Assembly: GCF_006345805.1 (NCBI RefSeq)
Contig: NC_043003.1
Location: 66,402,001 to 66,466,000, forward strand
DNA: 64,000 bases
From: Octopus sinensis
Taxonomy: Eukaryota
Direction: 5' to 3'
Positions 38,301 to 50,280 of the stretch are shown here, one piece after another (position 1 is the stretch's first letter; the number at the start of each line of letters is the position of its first letter). Below the pieces are notes generated by a model. The model was not told where the DNA came from and did not search any database. It saw only the letters and a list, made by a program, of their open reading frames with translations. Both the position numbers and the translations under genes were made by a program.

Positions 38301-38566
38301 CCTGTTTATAAATGCTCTAAGATCTACACAGCTTTGGTGTTTTTTATCTCATTACGTAAAAAATTCATATATATATATATCTCATTACGTAAAATATATA
38401 TATATATATATATAAAATAAATATAAGAGAGTGGTCACTATATGGCTCACTCTAGCACCAGTTAATCCAAAGGTTTCAACCACAAAAATACATGTTTCCC
38501 ATGAAAGTCAGTACGATTGTTAGCTCACACGACAGGGCAAATAAAAAATAACAAAATACAGATTAT

Positions 38567-38646
38567 TTTGGGACAATTGTTTCGCTATTAATGAATTAAA
38601 TGTAATTTTACTTACAAAAAAATCCACTTGTAGCTCGTCAGCCAAA
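38567..38646 (-). ncRNA. Canonical type I hammerhead ribozyme, GUC site (predicted cleavage between 38572 and 38571 on minus strand)
   Basis: Minus strand TTTGG-CTGACGA-GCTA..43 nt..TAGC-GAAA-CAATTG-TC-CCAAA; all core nucleotides, G10.1-C11.1 pair, palindromic stem III. Confidence 0.85.
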
Positions 38647-38887
38647 GCTATCTGGATGAAATCCACTCAATCACACGCCAGATTTTACCATAACGATAAA
38701 TACGCGTGTGGTTCAATTGATTACATCCGACGTTATAATTCAAATGCCCCACTAACAGCGCGCCAAACTCTCACGGAAAACAAATACAGCATTTAGAAAT
38801 AAATGCAGCATAATTATAATTAATTAATAAGGGTGAGAGAATTAGATACTAATTTAATAGTATATCTATTCAACACCAAGTTATTAA

Positions 38888-38928
<41 letters not shown>

Positions 38929-39056
38929 TATATCTATACATATATATCTACGTCCCTAATCAGGCCTGGCATATAACAACAAGATAGCCAAAACTCGGGA
39001 TTTTAGCGAGATAGAACTTTATGTATGGATGACACAGACTGTAAAACATATGCAAC

Positions 39057-39121
39057 ACAACGTTCTGAACAGAGTCCCATCCATAAGTGAAAGGAGCAGG
39101 ATGGGTCGAAACGACCGTTGT
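39057..39121 (+). ncRNA. Degenerate hammerhead-like motif
   Basis: ACAAC-gtt-CTGAacAGA-GT-CCCATCC..GGATGGG-TC-GAAA-CGACC-GTTGT; insertions in the core. Confidence 0.35.
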
Positions 39122-39613
39122 ACAAAATAAACATTAACACCAGATCCATCTTCTGATTTTTGTTAAGGTATCCCTCTAGAAGAAGGCTAATTCCTATACA
39201 AACATGTTACTCTACTGTGTTGGATACCTTCCAATTTGCTTGCCTCTGGGTTCCTTGGAATTGCTAATGTGAGTAGTTCCTGCATTATGCAAGACATACT
39301 CGACTGAAAGCATTTGCACGAGCATTGCTGATACTCCCTGTGAGCGATGGGAATGCCTCTCTTTAAAATAGGTTATAACGTATGTATGCATGCATGTATG
39401 TATGTCTCTATGTATGTATATATGTATGTATGTATGTATGTATTTATGTATGTATGTATGTATAAATATATGTGTGTGTTTTTCCCTTGTTAACAATTAA
39501 CACTGAAAAAATAAATATTTACCAGGGTAGCAAAAAGTCACACAAGTAAAAATCAAAATAAATATCCATCATTTTCTGTTAAAATGTCTTATTGACGAGT
39601 TTCATTTCTTCAT

Positions 39614-39700
39614 TTACCCTGAAGAGAAGATTACGTTGTTTTACACCATTTTATTCTTTTGGAATAATTCCAATGATATCTTCGAAACATGTGTCGAAAG
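39614..39700 (+). ncRNA. Type I hammerhead, paralog of 21958-22043; core and stem II intact, stem I mutated
   Basis: ttacc-CTGAAGA-GAAGAT..ATCTTC-GAAA-CATGTG-TC-GAAAG, followed by the same taaagaatttgaataa..ctgcgtt.aact.catttattt tail. Confidence 0.7.
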
Positions 39701-39740
39701 TAAAGAATTTGAATAATACCTGCGTTTAACTACATTTATT

Positions 39741-39772
<32 letters not shown>

Positions 39773-40838
39773 TGTATGTATGTATGTATGTATGTATGTA
39801 TGTTTGTGTGTGTTTGAGCTTTCTCCCCACCGCTTTACAACCGGTGTTGGATTATTTACATCCGATTTTAAATGAAAAAAAGTACTAAGGTTGATTTATG
39901 GGACTAAAACCTTCAAAGACGGTGCCACGATCATGGATACAGTTCAATGATTAAAACAACCGAAACATGAGAGTAAATATTTGTAATTCTACAAAGAAGC
40001 GTTAATTAATTATTCATAATCTGCATGTAGCAGTAGGCTTTTAATATCCGGGTAATGGTAGACGTAGTGAATAAGCTTAGCAGAGCCACTACTTGAAAGC
40101 TTATGTTTTATACTCGAAGATAATGTTCCTCGAACCTTTTGTTCGACTTTGAATGCTCTATAATAGGCTAAAGGCATGCAAATACCCCAGTAAATGAGCA
40201 ATAAACACAACATTCTCGAGCAGAGTGGAGATAATTGCAGCAGTGCTATTATCATGGTAAATTTGTAGAAATGCCAGTTGAAACGCTTATTTTTCAGCGT
40301 ATATACTATCAATTTTAATAACCATTTGTCTATTCTACTTAAATTAGAAACATCGTGAATGGTAAATTAGTTGCCCTGTTCGTCCTGGGATAATATCTCT
40401 TATGGACGCGTTGTGTTTAAAAACATAATATATATCAGTAACAGACGGAAATCGCCCAGAAATGGAGGTGAGATGCTAGACGTACATTTATCGGTCGTTG
40501 TGCTTTGTTAGTAGCGTAAACTCATTGCAACCCGAACTCTATGACACAACGCGACTCTGCTGACATCATTCTTTTATCTTTTATTTGTTTCCGTCATTAG
40601 ACTGTTGCCATGCTACGGCACCACCCCGAAGAAAAAATTTCAGTCAAACGAATCGAACCCAGTAGTTATTTTCTAATGTCTGATTCTTATTCAATCGATC
40701 TGTTTTGTGGAAACGATAAATTATGGGGTCTCAAAATACACCAACAGTTGTTTAGCAGTGGTAGGGATTCAGAGACGCAAAGACAACTACATACACACAC
40801 AAACAACAAACCAAGAAACACACACACACACGCATATA

Positions 40839-40903
<65 letters not shown>

Positions 40904-40933
40904 GCATACATACATACACACATACACACACAC

Positions 40934-41218
40934 GAAGTCGCTTGGCTTAGTGGTTAAGTGTTGCACTCGCAATTGTGAGATTGTGGGTTCGATTCCCAGA
41001 CTGGTCGTTGCGTTGTATTCTTGAGCAAAGCACTTCATTTCTCGTTGCTCTGCGATCATTTCGACATCTGACGTGTGGAACCCGTTGCACCTGTACAGGT
41101 AATGTCGATCTGATGGAGGGAGTAAGCGTATGTATTTACAAGCATTTGGTCGCCATAAACAAATGATTTAAGTGATTAAGATTGTCGCACCCTCGTACAT
41201 CGTCTGACGACGAGTAAG
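40934..41218 (+). mobile_element. tRNA-derived SINE family E
   Basis: tggcttagtggtt (A box), gggttcgattccc (B box), ttcttgagcaaagcacttcatttctcgttgctc. Confidence 0.8.
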
Positions 41219-41341
41219 TACATTTTACACAGACACACACACACACAAACAGACAGACAGACACACACATACACACACACACGCGCACATACACACACCC
41301 ATACACACACCACACAAACACATATATATATATATATATAC

Positions 41342-41466
<125 letters not shown>

Positions 41467-42557
41467 ATATAATATATATATACGACAAGCAAGTTTCAGA
41501 TTCCGTCAACCAAATCCATTCTCAGGGCTTTGGTCATCTCGAGATAACGTAAAAGACACTTGCCCAAGGAACCATGTAGTAAGACTGACCTCAAAAACAT
41601 GTAGTTGGGAAGCAACCTTTATACTGGTCAGCCTCGCTTTCACTTTCCTATGGGAAAAAATCGAGATAACAAGCATTGGCATTGTTAATTTGCTCTCAAT
41701 TGAAATTTATTGTAGGAGTTTGATTTTTTTATCACATTCTGTTGTGTCTGGGGAGCGTCATTTTCTTTTTGTGCCTTCATCTGTATATTGTCTTGTGCGC
41801 GAATGAGATATGGCCAATTAAAATTACCATCACTCCATCGTTTACGAAGACGCGGGGACCTGTTGACTAGATCAATGGAACAACCTGCAGGTGAAATTAA
41901 CGAGCAAGTGGCTGAGCACTCCGCAGACACACGTACCTTTAACATAGTTCAGAGAGAGATTCGGTGTGACATAGAATCTTACAAAAATGGTATATCCGTC
42001 AATCATATACGAACTTTACGTTATTCAAAAAATATATTTGTGACATATTTCAGCTTCTGGAAGCAAATTCCCTGCAGTTACCGTGGAGAAAAATGTTCTC
42101 TTATGGTAAAAGGTGTAGCGTTCTTCAGTTTCATCATCTTAACAATTTCTAAATGTATCCTTGATTTTGAGGTATATTGTAATAGCAAAGACTGGAATTT
42201 CTATAGATCTCGTTTCTACTCTTAATATTTTCAAATTGCATTTTGAAATGTTTTAGTAAACAATTTACAGTGTGAAATGGAACTTTAAGTCGAATAGTAC
42301 ACATCTGAGCCAATGAAGGCAGCAACAACTCCATTACTTTTAAGATACTTAATGGCTAAACTGTAAGGAAGAAATCTCCTGAGGGGATTGTAGCAGATGA
42401 AAGTAAGTTAAATTACGTACCTTTACCGTACAACTTAGCTTTTACTATCTACACTGATTTCTAAAATTGAGAAGTAGTAACCGAGATATTTAAAGAGAAA
42501 GAGAGAAATGGGGATAAAGAAAAGGGGAAGAGGGAGGGAGAGAGAGAGAGAGTCTGT

Positions 42558-42591
<34 letters not shown>

Positions 42592-42915
42592 ACGAAAATA
42601 GGCAGAGTTAGAATGTAAGCGGCAAATTTTCCAAGAAGTGTGCGTATAGTATCCAGGGTTGTTTTCGCTGCGTATTGAAGATGTTTCTGTTATAGTGACA
42701 AACTTTCCTAAACCCATTATTGGCTTTCATCCCAATTCCATTCAGCCGCTAACTTCAGGGACTTTTATAAGACGTAGCCCAATTATCCCAATAGGCATTA
42801 AGAGCTTTTCATCTTTCATTTAAAACAACATGTACTTACGTTACTCCAAACGCTTATTTACCTTTTCAAAATAGCTTTCTTTAACACACACAGACACACG
42901 GTCTCTGTCTGTTTG

Positions 42916-42948
<33 letters not shown>

Positions 42949-43129
42949 ACTCTCTCTCTCTCCTCTCTCTCTTTCTATCACTCTCGGTGGCAATTTCTAT
43001 CTTTCAATTCACTAAGGTCTTTTAATTCACTTCATTTTCTGTCACAAATTTATCTTTATTTATTCAGATATCTCCGTCATCCACACCAGAAATATCAAGT
43101 TTTATAAAGCCTATCTTCAGTTACCTTCA

Positions 43130-43590
43130 TGCACTGGTTTCAGTCATTGGATTGCAGTCAGAATGCAGCAAGTCTTGAATAGCTAAAGTTGAATAAATCG
43201 AAACAAGTACTTCTTTCTTTTTCTTTTTAAGTCTGTTATATTGCACCGTTTTCTTTTTAAGTCGGTCGTATCACACCGGTTTGCCGAACCGCTTAATTAC
43301 AGGAGCGTGAGCAAACCACCACCGAGGGAGTGGGGATGGTGGACAAATACAGACACAAGTTCACACACTCATAAGTATACATACATACATACAGAGGGCG
43401 AATCGAAAAATAATACAAATAAAAATTGAAATATGTTTTTTTATAACCTTTGTGTGTTTCCGTCTACCAAATCCATTCGCGAAGCACCTTTTGGTCTTGC
43501 GATATAGTAAAAGAGTCTTATGGCACAAAGCAGAACTAAACTCGAAGCCACACGGTAGCTGAACGAGTTTCTTAACCACACAGTTATGCC
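43130..43590 (-). mobile_element. SINE family B, diverged full length
   Basis: gtttcagtcattgg...gccgaaccgct...ttccgtctaccaaatcc...cttaaccacacag. Confidence 0.7.
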
Positions 43591-44065
43591 TACGCCTATA
43601 TTTACATTTTCCGTAACATTCATCCATTTTTGTTCCTACATTTTTATTTTCCTAAGCGACCCCTGAGATTTTAATCTAAATTCTTCTCAACAAATAAGTA
43701 AATACTAAAAAAAGCTTTGTAAAAATTCTACTCAAGAGAACGACATCAAGTGTTCCAAAATGTTTTCTTTCGAAATAACACTTTCAAAAAATCCCTCAAC
43801 CCTTCCACATCAATGCTAAACATGCTATAGAAATCCCAGCAGAAAATGAATATATAACTGCCATATCATAAATATTCTCAGCCAGTGGTTCTCAGAATAG
43901 GAGCAGCGCCATCTTGAATGGAGCAATCAAAATGTAACTCGGTGCATTGTGAATTATTACATAAATGATTTAAGGATTTAGAATATTCATGCTGACAAGA
44001 AATAAATACTCTTAACTATGGATCAAAATCAAAGCTCTTATCCATAATAATATTCTGCTCTCGTG

Positions 44066-44480
44066 AAGGCGGTGAGCTGACAAAAGCGTTAGAACGCCGG
44101 GCGAAATACTTAGCGGTATTTCGTCTTTTTTTACGTTCTGAGTTCAAATTCCGCTGACTTTACATTTCATCCTTTCGGGTTCGATAAATTAAGTAGCTGT
44201 TGCGTACTGGGTTCGATCGAATCGACTGGCCCCTCCCCCCAAATTTCGGGCCTTGTGCCTAGAGTACAAAAAAATATTTTGAAGGCGGTGAGCTGACAGA
44301 AACATTAGCATGCCGAGCGAAATGCTTAGCGGTATTTCGTCTGTCTTTATGTTCTGAGTTCAAATTCCACCGAGGCCGACTTTGCCTTTCATCCCTCCGA
44401 GGTCAAAAAATTCCTTACCAGTTGCGTACTGAGATCGATCTAAACAACTAGCCCCCTCTCCCAGAATTTCGGGCAGAAAA
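44066..44480 (+). mobile_element. SINE family A dimer
   Basis: Two aaggcggtgagctgaca... heads at about 44066 and 44282. Confidence 0.85.
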
Positions 44481-44696
44481 AAATATTCTGCTCAAATTTT
44501 AACAAATCTTAATAGTTCACTTTCTATCTCGTCGTCTATTTTTCAACCAATTACGGCACAGCGTCGGAATCTTCAACGACGTACTATATATAGTTGCATA
44601 GGGCAAAAAGTGTATGTCTATAGGAGATGTGCAAATGAAAAAATTTTTAAGGTTAATAGCCACACAGGACAGATCCGTAATATAGAGTTATACACA

Positions 44697-44718
44697 TTAA
44701 TTTCACCCTATATTGTTG

Positions 44719-44781
<63 letters not shown>

Positions 44782-45093
44782 CAACAATATAGGGTGAAAT
44801 TAATAAATTTGGAATAATCATTAATTACATCAAGTAGATTCGGCATGTAAAAGCCTCATTCGAGGAAAGTTTAAGTAATACTAAGTAATTAAGGGTTTAG
44901 CAACGAATTGCCTCACCACACACCGAATTTAGAAATAGCAGTCAAAAAGTTATAGCTATTCTTTCTACTAAAAGGGAGATCTCAGTAAAACACAGCACTT
45001 GAAAGGCAAACACAGACCTGTCTGCTATTTCTAAATTCGGTGTGTGGTGAGGCAATTCGTTGCTAAACCCTTAATTTTTAGTATATATATATA

Positions 45094-45131
<38 letters not shown>

Positions 45132-45440
45132 TATCAGCAACAATATAGGGTGAAATTAATAAATTTGGAATAATCATTAATTACATCAAGTAGATTTCGG
45201 CATGTAAAAGCCTCATTCGAGGAAAGTTTAAGTAATACTAAGTAATTAAGGGTTTAGCAACGAATTGCCTCACCACACACCGAATTTAGAAATAGCAGTC
45301 AAAAATTATAGCTATTCTTTCTACTAAAAGGGAGATCTCAGTAAAACACAGCACTTGAAAGGCAAACACAGACCTGTCTGCGATTCTAAATTCGGTGTGT
45401 GGGATGAGGCAATTCGTTGCTAAACCCTTAATTTTTAGTA
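44697..45440. mobile_element. Nested inverted-repeat element, tandemly duplicated (units about 44775-45083 and 45131-45440)
   Basis: 25-bp perfect IR 44697-44721/44779-44803 around (TA)n; 55-bp perfect IR 44887-44941/45022-45076. Confidence 0.8.
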
Positions 45441-45442
45441 TC

Positions 45443-45501
<59 letters not shown>

Positions 45502-45503
<2 letters not shown>

Positions 45504-46746
45504 GGATCATCTCATAAGTTCTGTCCGATTTTACCTTTTTTAAAAAGTGAATGAAAATTTAAAGTATTTTAGAATATCTAATGGAATTTTAAATTATTTT
45601 TATGTATTTGTGTACAGTGAAACTAATAAAAAATTATTTTACAGAATAATAGAATTAAAATTTCTTTGATTAAAACCCTTTCTAACATGGAAGTATCCAA
45701 AGGGCATTTAAGGCACGTAATGCTTTATCAGTATAAAAAAGGAAACTCTGTAGCCGAAGCGACTCGAAACATACACTCAGTTTATGGGAACGAATGCTTG
45801 AATGAAAGAACTTGCAGAAGATGGTTTGCAAAATTCAGAAGTGGAGATTTCAGCCTTGAAGATGAAGATCGAAAAGGACGTCCAGTTGAGTTCCTTGAGG
45901 CATTAGTTGAAGAAAATCCTGCATTATCAGTTGAAGTATTGGCAATAAAGCTTAGTTCAAAACATACAACTATTCATCGTCTTCTTCAACAACTTGGAAA
46001 GGTTCCTAAACTTGGAAAATGCCTCATGAATTATCCGAAAGCAACCGCAAATCCCGAGTTGGCATATGTTCTTCTCATTCTTGTGAACTCATTTCACCCT
46101 TTTTGGATAGACTTGTGACTGGTGATGAAAAATGGATCTTCTACCGAAATGTTAAACGTCGTAAACAGTGGCTTGGTAAAAGGGAAAAAGCTCAACCACA
46201 ACTGAGGAGGGAACTTCATGGAAAAAGGTTCTTCTCTCTATCTGGTGGGATTGCAAAAGAGTCATTCACTTTGAATTGTTACCACCTGATGCAACAATCA
46301 ATGCTCAAGTCTACTGTCAGCAATTAGAGCGTTTGAACCAAGCTTTGAAGAAAAAAAGACCCGCTTTAGTTAATCGAAATGGAGTGATGTTTCATCAGGA
46401 CAATGTGCGATCCCACACTGCAAAGATCACATCACAGAAGATCGAAGAGCTTGGTTGGGAAGATTCCTCATCCACTTTATTCTCCCGACCTTGCTCTTTC
46501 ACACTACCATTTGTTTCGTAATTTACAGAATCATCTGGGGGACATAAAATTACGCAAGCCTTTTCAGAGATCTTCGATTTGAAACCAAAACAGTTTTACA
46601 TTAATGGGATAAAAAGCTTGTAAATAGACGGAAGGAAGTTATAAATAATCAAGGAAAGTACATTGATGATTAAATTTCAATTAAACATAACATTTGATCA
46701 ATTGTTTTCTTTATTCAAAATTCGAAAGAACTCATGGGATTACCTG

Positions 46747-46747
<1 letters not shown>
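45502..46747 (+). mobile_element. mariner (DD34D) transposon, about 1.25 kb; transposase pseudogene about 45687-46673
   Basis: HLRHVMLY.YKKG..EATRNI..VYG..TCRRWFAKFRSGDFSLEDE.R.GRP; PHELS; LVTGDEKW; HQDN; diverged TIRs within (TA)n. Confidence 0.92.
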
Positions 46748-46777
<30 letters not shown>

Positions 46778-46880
46778 TATTATATACAAATACACTTATA
46801 TATATATATATATATATATAATAGATATAATATATATATATATATATATTATATTATATATATAATATATATATATATTT

Positions 46881-47071
46881 CTGTGTCTGTGTTTGTACCC
46901 CACCATCGCTTGACAACCGAAGTTCTATGTTTACGTTCCCGTTAATTAGCGGTTCGGCAAAAGATACCTATAGAATTAGTACTAGGCTTAGAAATAATAA
47001 GTCCTGGTATCGATTTTGTTGCTCAAGCATAGCCGCAGTCAAATGACTGAAATAAGTAATAGAATGAAAGA
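46881..47071 (+). mobile_element. SINE family B, 3' half
   Basis: ccaccatcgcttgacaaccg...gcggttcggcaaaag...gcatagccgcagtcaaatgactgaaataag. Confidence 0.8.
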
Positions 47072-47279
47072 TGAGCGTTATACTAATACATCTGTTTTTT
47101 TAATACACCATCTGTCTTCGTCTTTTGTTTTTTTCGTGAACTCTACCCCTATATATTTATGCATGTATATGCATATACATATATATGCATGTGTGTATGT
47201 GTGTGTCTATATATATATGTCAAATTAATAAGCTTGAAAATGGCGAGATTTAATGAATATAACTTAATTTATATTAGTG

Positions 47280-47423
47280 AACATTGCCTACAATTGTTTC
47301 ATTTCACATCCATCTTAAATTACAAAACACATATAATAAAACAAGCTTTTATTTTAAGTATCCTGGATGGATATGTTTTGAAATTTAGATTGGGTAATGA
47401 GTGAAACAATTGTAGGAAATGTT
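47280..47423. repeat. 22-bp inverted repeat containing the 3' half of a hammerhead core
   Basis: aacattgcctacaattgtttca (47280-47301) versus tgaaacaattgtaggaaatgtt (47402-47423), one mismatch; GAAA-CAATTG-TA. Confidence 0.6.
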
Positions 47424-48396
47424 AATTGATTAATAATTTTACTTATATCCATTGAATCATTCCATTTTCAAACTTATTAATAATAATTGATGCTTTATAA
47501 TATGATTATTGCAGAAATATCTCTTCAAAATATAATATACCAAACCAGGGTATTTTGATAACACTATCCCTATAAGAGGTTTAAATATCCTAAAAGTGAA
47601 TATATGTATATAAATATTATATTATATATACATTATGTATATACATGAAGTATGAAGGTTTAGTTCAAGGGGCATCTAAACGATTAGGTATAGTAGGTGA
47701 ATTCTGTAACAGATTAGTAGGGCTCCAAGGTTATAACCGATTTCGGTAATTATGGGGCCCTAGCAAGTTTCTGATGCAGCGGATATATAATTGTTAAAGA
47801 GGGCAACCAACGTAAGGTAAGGCAAATATCTTAAGTTGTATAAAATATTATTACTGGTACATATTAATGAGATGACGACATAGAGTAAGTGATTAAAAGA
47901 ACAAGGAGATGAAGAGAGAGAGAGGAGAAAAAGAGAAAAGGCATAAAAGTTTATAATTTAGCTTCATAATGTTGCAGAAACAAGAGTTTGAATCCTTAGT
48001 TAGTATTCTGAGTTTAACAATGGATTTAAGTCCTTAGATGCAATCCGGTGTAGATCCATGTGGGTTAAGGTCTTGATATGGTACGACCTATAGAGAAAAA
48101 TGGACACGAACATCTCAAAGTTCATTGGGAAATTTGCCATTGAACGTTGAAATGCTCGTGTCCCTGCGAGAAATTGCAAAAGATTGTTTTAAATGGCAAT
48201 TCACATGTAGTGAAAAGAGCGAACGACTGCTACTCATGTACTTTTTCTCTCTTCTTTTTCACATGACTCCATTTCTTTTTGAAAATGAACGATCGGGTGC
48301 ATTTACTTTAATGGATTATCAATGTATAAAGTGAATTTCACGGAGTTAGGAGTCGGGAAGACACTCGCCGAGTAATGGAAATAAAATTTAAGAAAT

Positions 48397-48425
48397 AATA
48401 ATGATAATAATAATAATAATAATAA

Positions 48426-48491
<66 letters not shown>

Positions 48492-48571
48492 TGATGATGA
48501 TGATATAATAATAATAATAATAATATAATAATATAATAATAATAATAATAATAATGATGATGATGATGATG

Positions 48572-48617
<46 letters not shown>

Positions 48618-48630
48618 TAATAATAATAAA
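48397..48630. repeat. (AAT)n/(GAT)n microsatellite
   Basis: Direct reading. Confidence 0.95.
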
Positions 48631-48714
48631 AGTGATGGCTTCATTTATTTGTCACAAGTGCGAAGGAGGAGGGGGACAGTAGAAAGACATAAAGTTTGGG
48701 GGGTTTACATAAAG

Positions 48715-49014
48715 ATGACGGTGACGGCGACAACAACGACGACGACAAAGATGACTATGATGATGATGATAATGATGGCGACGATGACGACGATGATGAT
48801 GACGATGATGACAATGATATTGATGATGATGATGGATGACTATGATGATGATGATGATGATGGTAACAACGACGACGACGATGATGATGATGATGATGAT
48901 GATAATAATGGCGGTGGTGTTGATGACAGCGATGATAATGGTGATGACGATGATGATGATGACGACAATAATGATGGTGATGATGATGATGATAAAGACG
49001 ATGATGATGATAAA

Positions 49015-49071
<57 letters not shown>

Positions 49072-49100
49072 GATGATGATGGTGATAATAATGATGACAA
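48715..49100. repeat. Degenerate (GAT)/(GAC)/(GGT) trinucleotide tract
   Basis: Direct reading; source of the poly-D/M/H/S ORFs in the track. Confidence 0.9.
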
Positions 49101-49462
49101 CCGAAGTATTTCACTGTCAGTGTATAACATCACAAATGTGGCAATAATAAGCATGGAACTCTAGCGTTTATAGCAAAGAGGTTTCGTTTGAAGATATCAT
49201 GTCCAGTTTTATGGCGCTCTAATAATTTCTTTATCTCAAACGTGACATTAAACTTATAGAGAATAAGCGATTCAGTGCGGTTTATTCCCTTGAAATTACA
49301 TGACAGGTTGCTGTCTTCGTCTGGAAACCTCGTCAAAAACGGCAGCAGACAAAATTGGTACGAAGATGTTGCATTTTATAAGACTTGCATACATACTTCC
49401 TCTTTCGTTTTTGTAAATTTTTCATTTATACGGAGTTATATATTTCTTCTCAAATGTGTGTG

Positions 49463-49513
<51 letters not shown>

Positions 49514-49659
49514 CATGCGTGCGTGTAGGTGTGTGCGTGTGTGTGCATGCACGTATTCAAAGGACCTCAGTCACATTACAGGGACCTCTTTAACGAATTT
49601 AGCCGAACAAATGGACCATGGTGCTTAGTTTTCGAGACTAATTCTTGTTCTATTCAAGA

Positions 49660-50280
49660 ATTTTTTCCTTCTCTCGGCACAAGGGCCGAAATTATTTTTG
49701 CGGGGGTGACAGTGGATTAGATCGACTCCAGTACGCTACTGCTACTTATTTCATCGACCTCGAAAGGATGAAAGGCAACGTTTGACAACGGCGGAATTTG
49801 AACTCAGAACGTAAAGACAAACGAAATACCGCCAGGTATTTCGCCCGGTGTGCTAATGTTTCTGCCACTCATCGCCTTTAAGAATCTTTTCTACTCTAGG
49901 CACAAGGTCAGAAATTTGGTGGGGGGCAGTCGATTAGATCGACCCCAGTACGCAACTGCTACTTATTTTTATCGAACCCAAAAGGATGAAAGGCAAATTC
50001 TACACAGGCGAAATTTTAACTCAGAACGTAGAGGCAGACGAAATACCTATTTCTTTACTACCCACAAGGGGCTAAACACAGAGAGGACAAACAAGGAGAG
50101 ATAAACGGATTAAGTCGATTATATCGACCCCAGTCCGTAACTGGTACTTATTTAATCGACCCCGAAAGGATGAAAGGCAAAGTCGACTTCGGCGGAATTT
50201 GAACTCAGAACGTAACCGCAGACGAAATACCCTTAAGCACTTCGCCCGACCTGCAAACGTTCTGCCAGCTCGCCACCTTT
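49660..50280 (-). mobile_element. SINE family A trimer
   Basis: Three gaatttgaactcagaacgt-type units. Confidence 0.85.

Noticed and set aside
43882-43930. cagtggttctca, resembling a hAT/Charlie TIR
   Set aside because: No matching right TIR or 8-bp TSD found.
47650-48330. Possible minus-strand Penelope GIY-YIG C-terminus (HIKTL.PHG-like) and terminal repeat
   Set aside because: Only a short motif needing a frameshift; could not be supported without BLASTx.
48649-49164. 171-aa Asp-rich ORF (and overlapping poly-His/Met/Ser ORFs) resembling an acidic biomineralisation protein
   Set aside because: Open in several frames on both strands because it is a degenerate (GAT)n tract; no signal peptide or unique domain; adjacent to other microsatellites.
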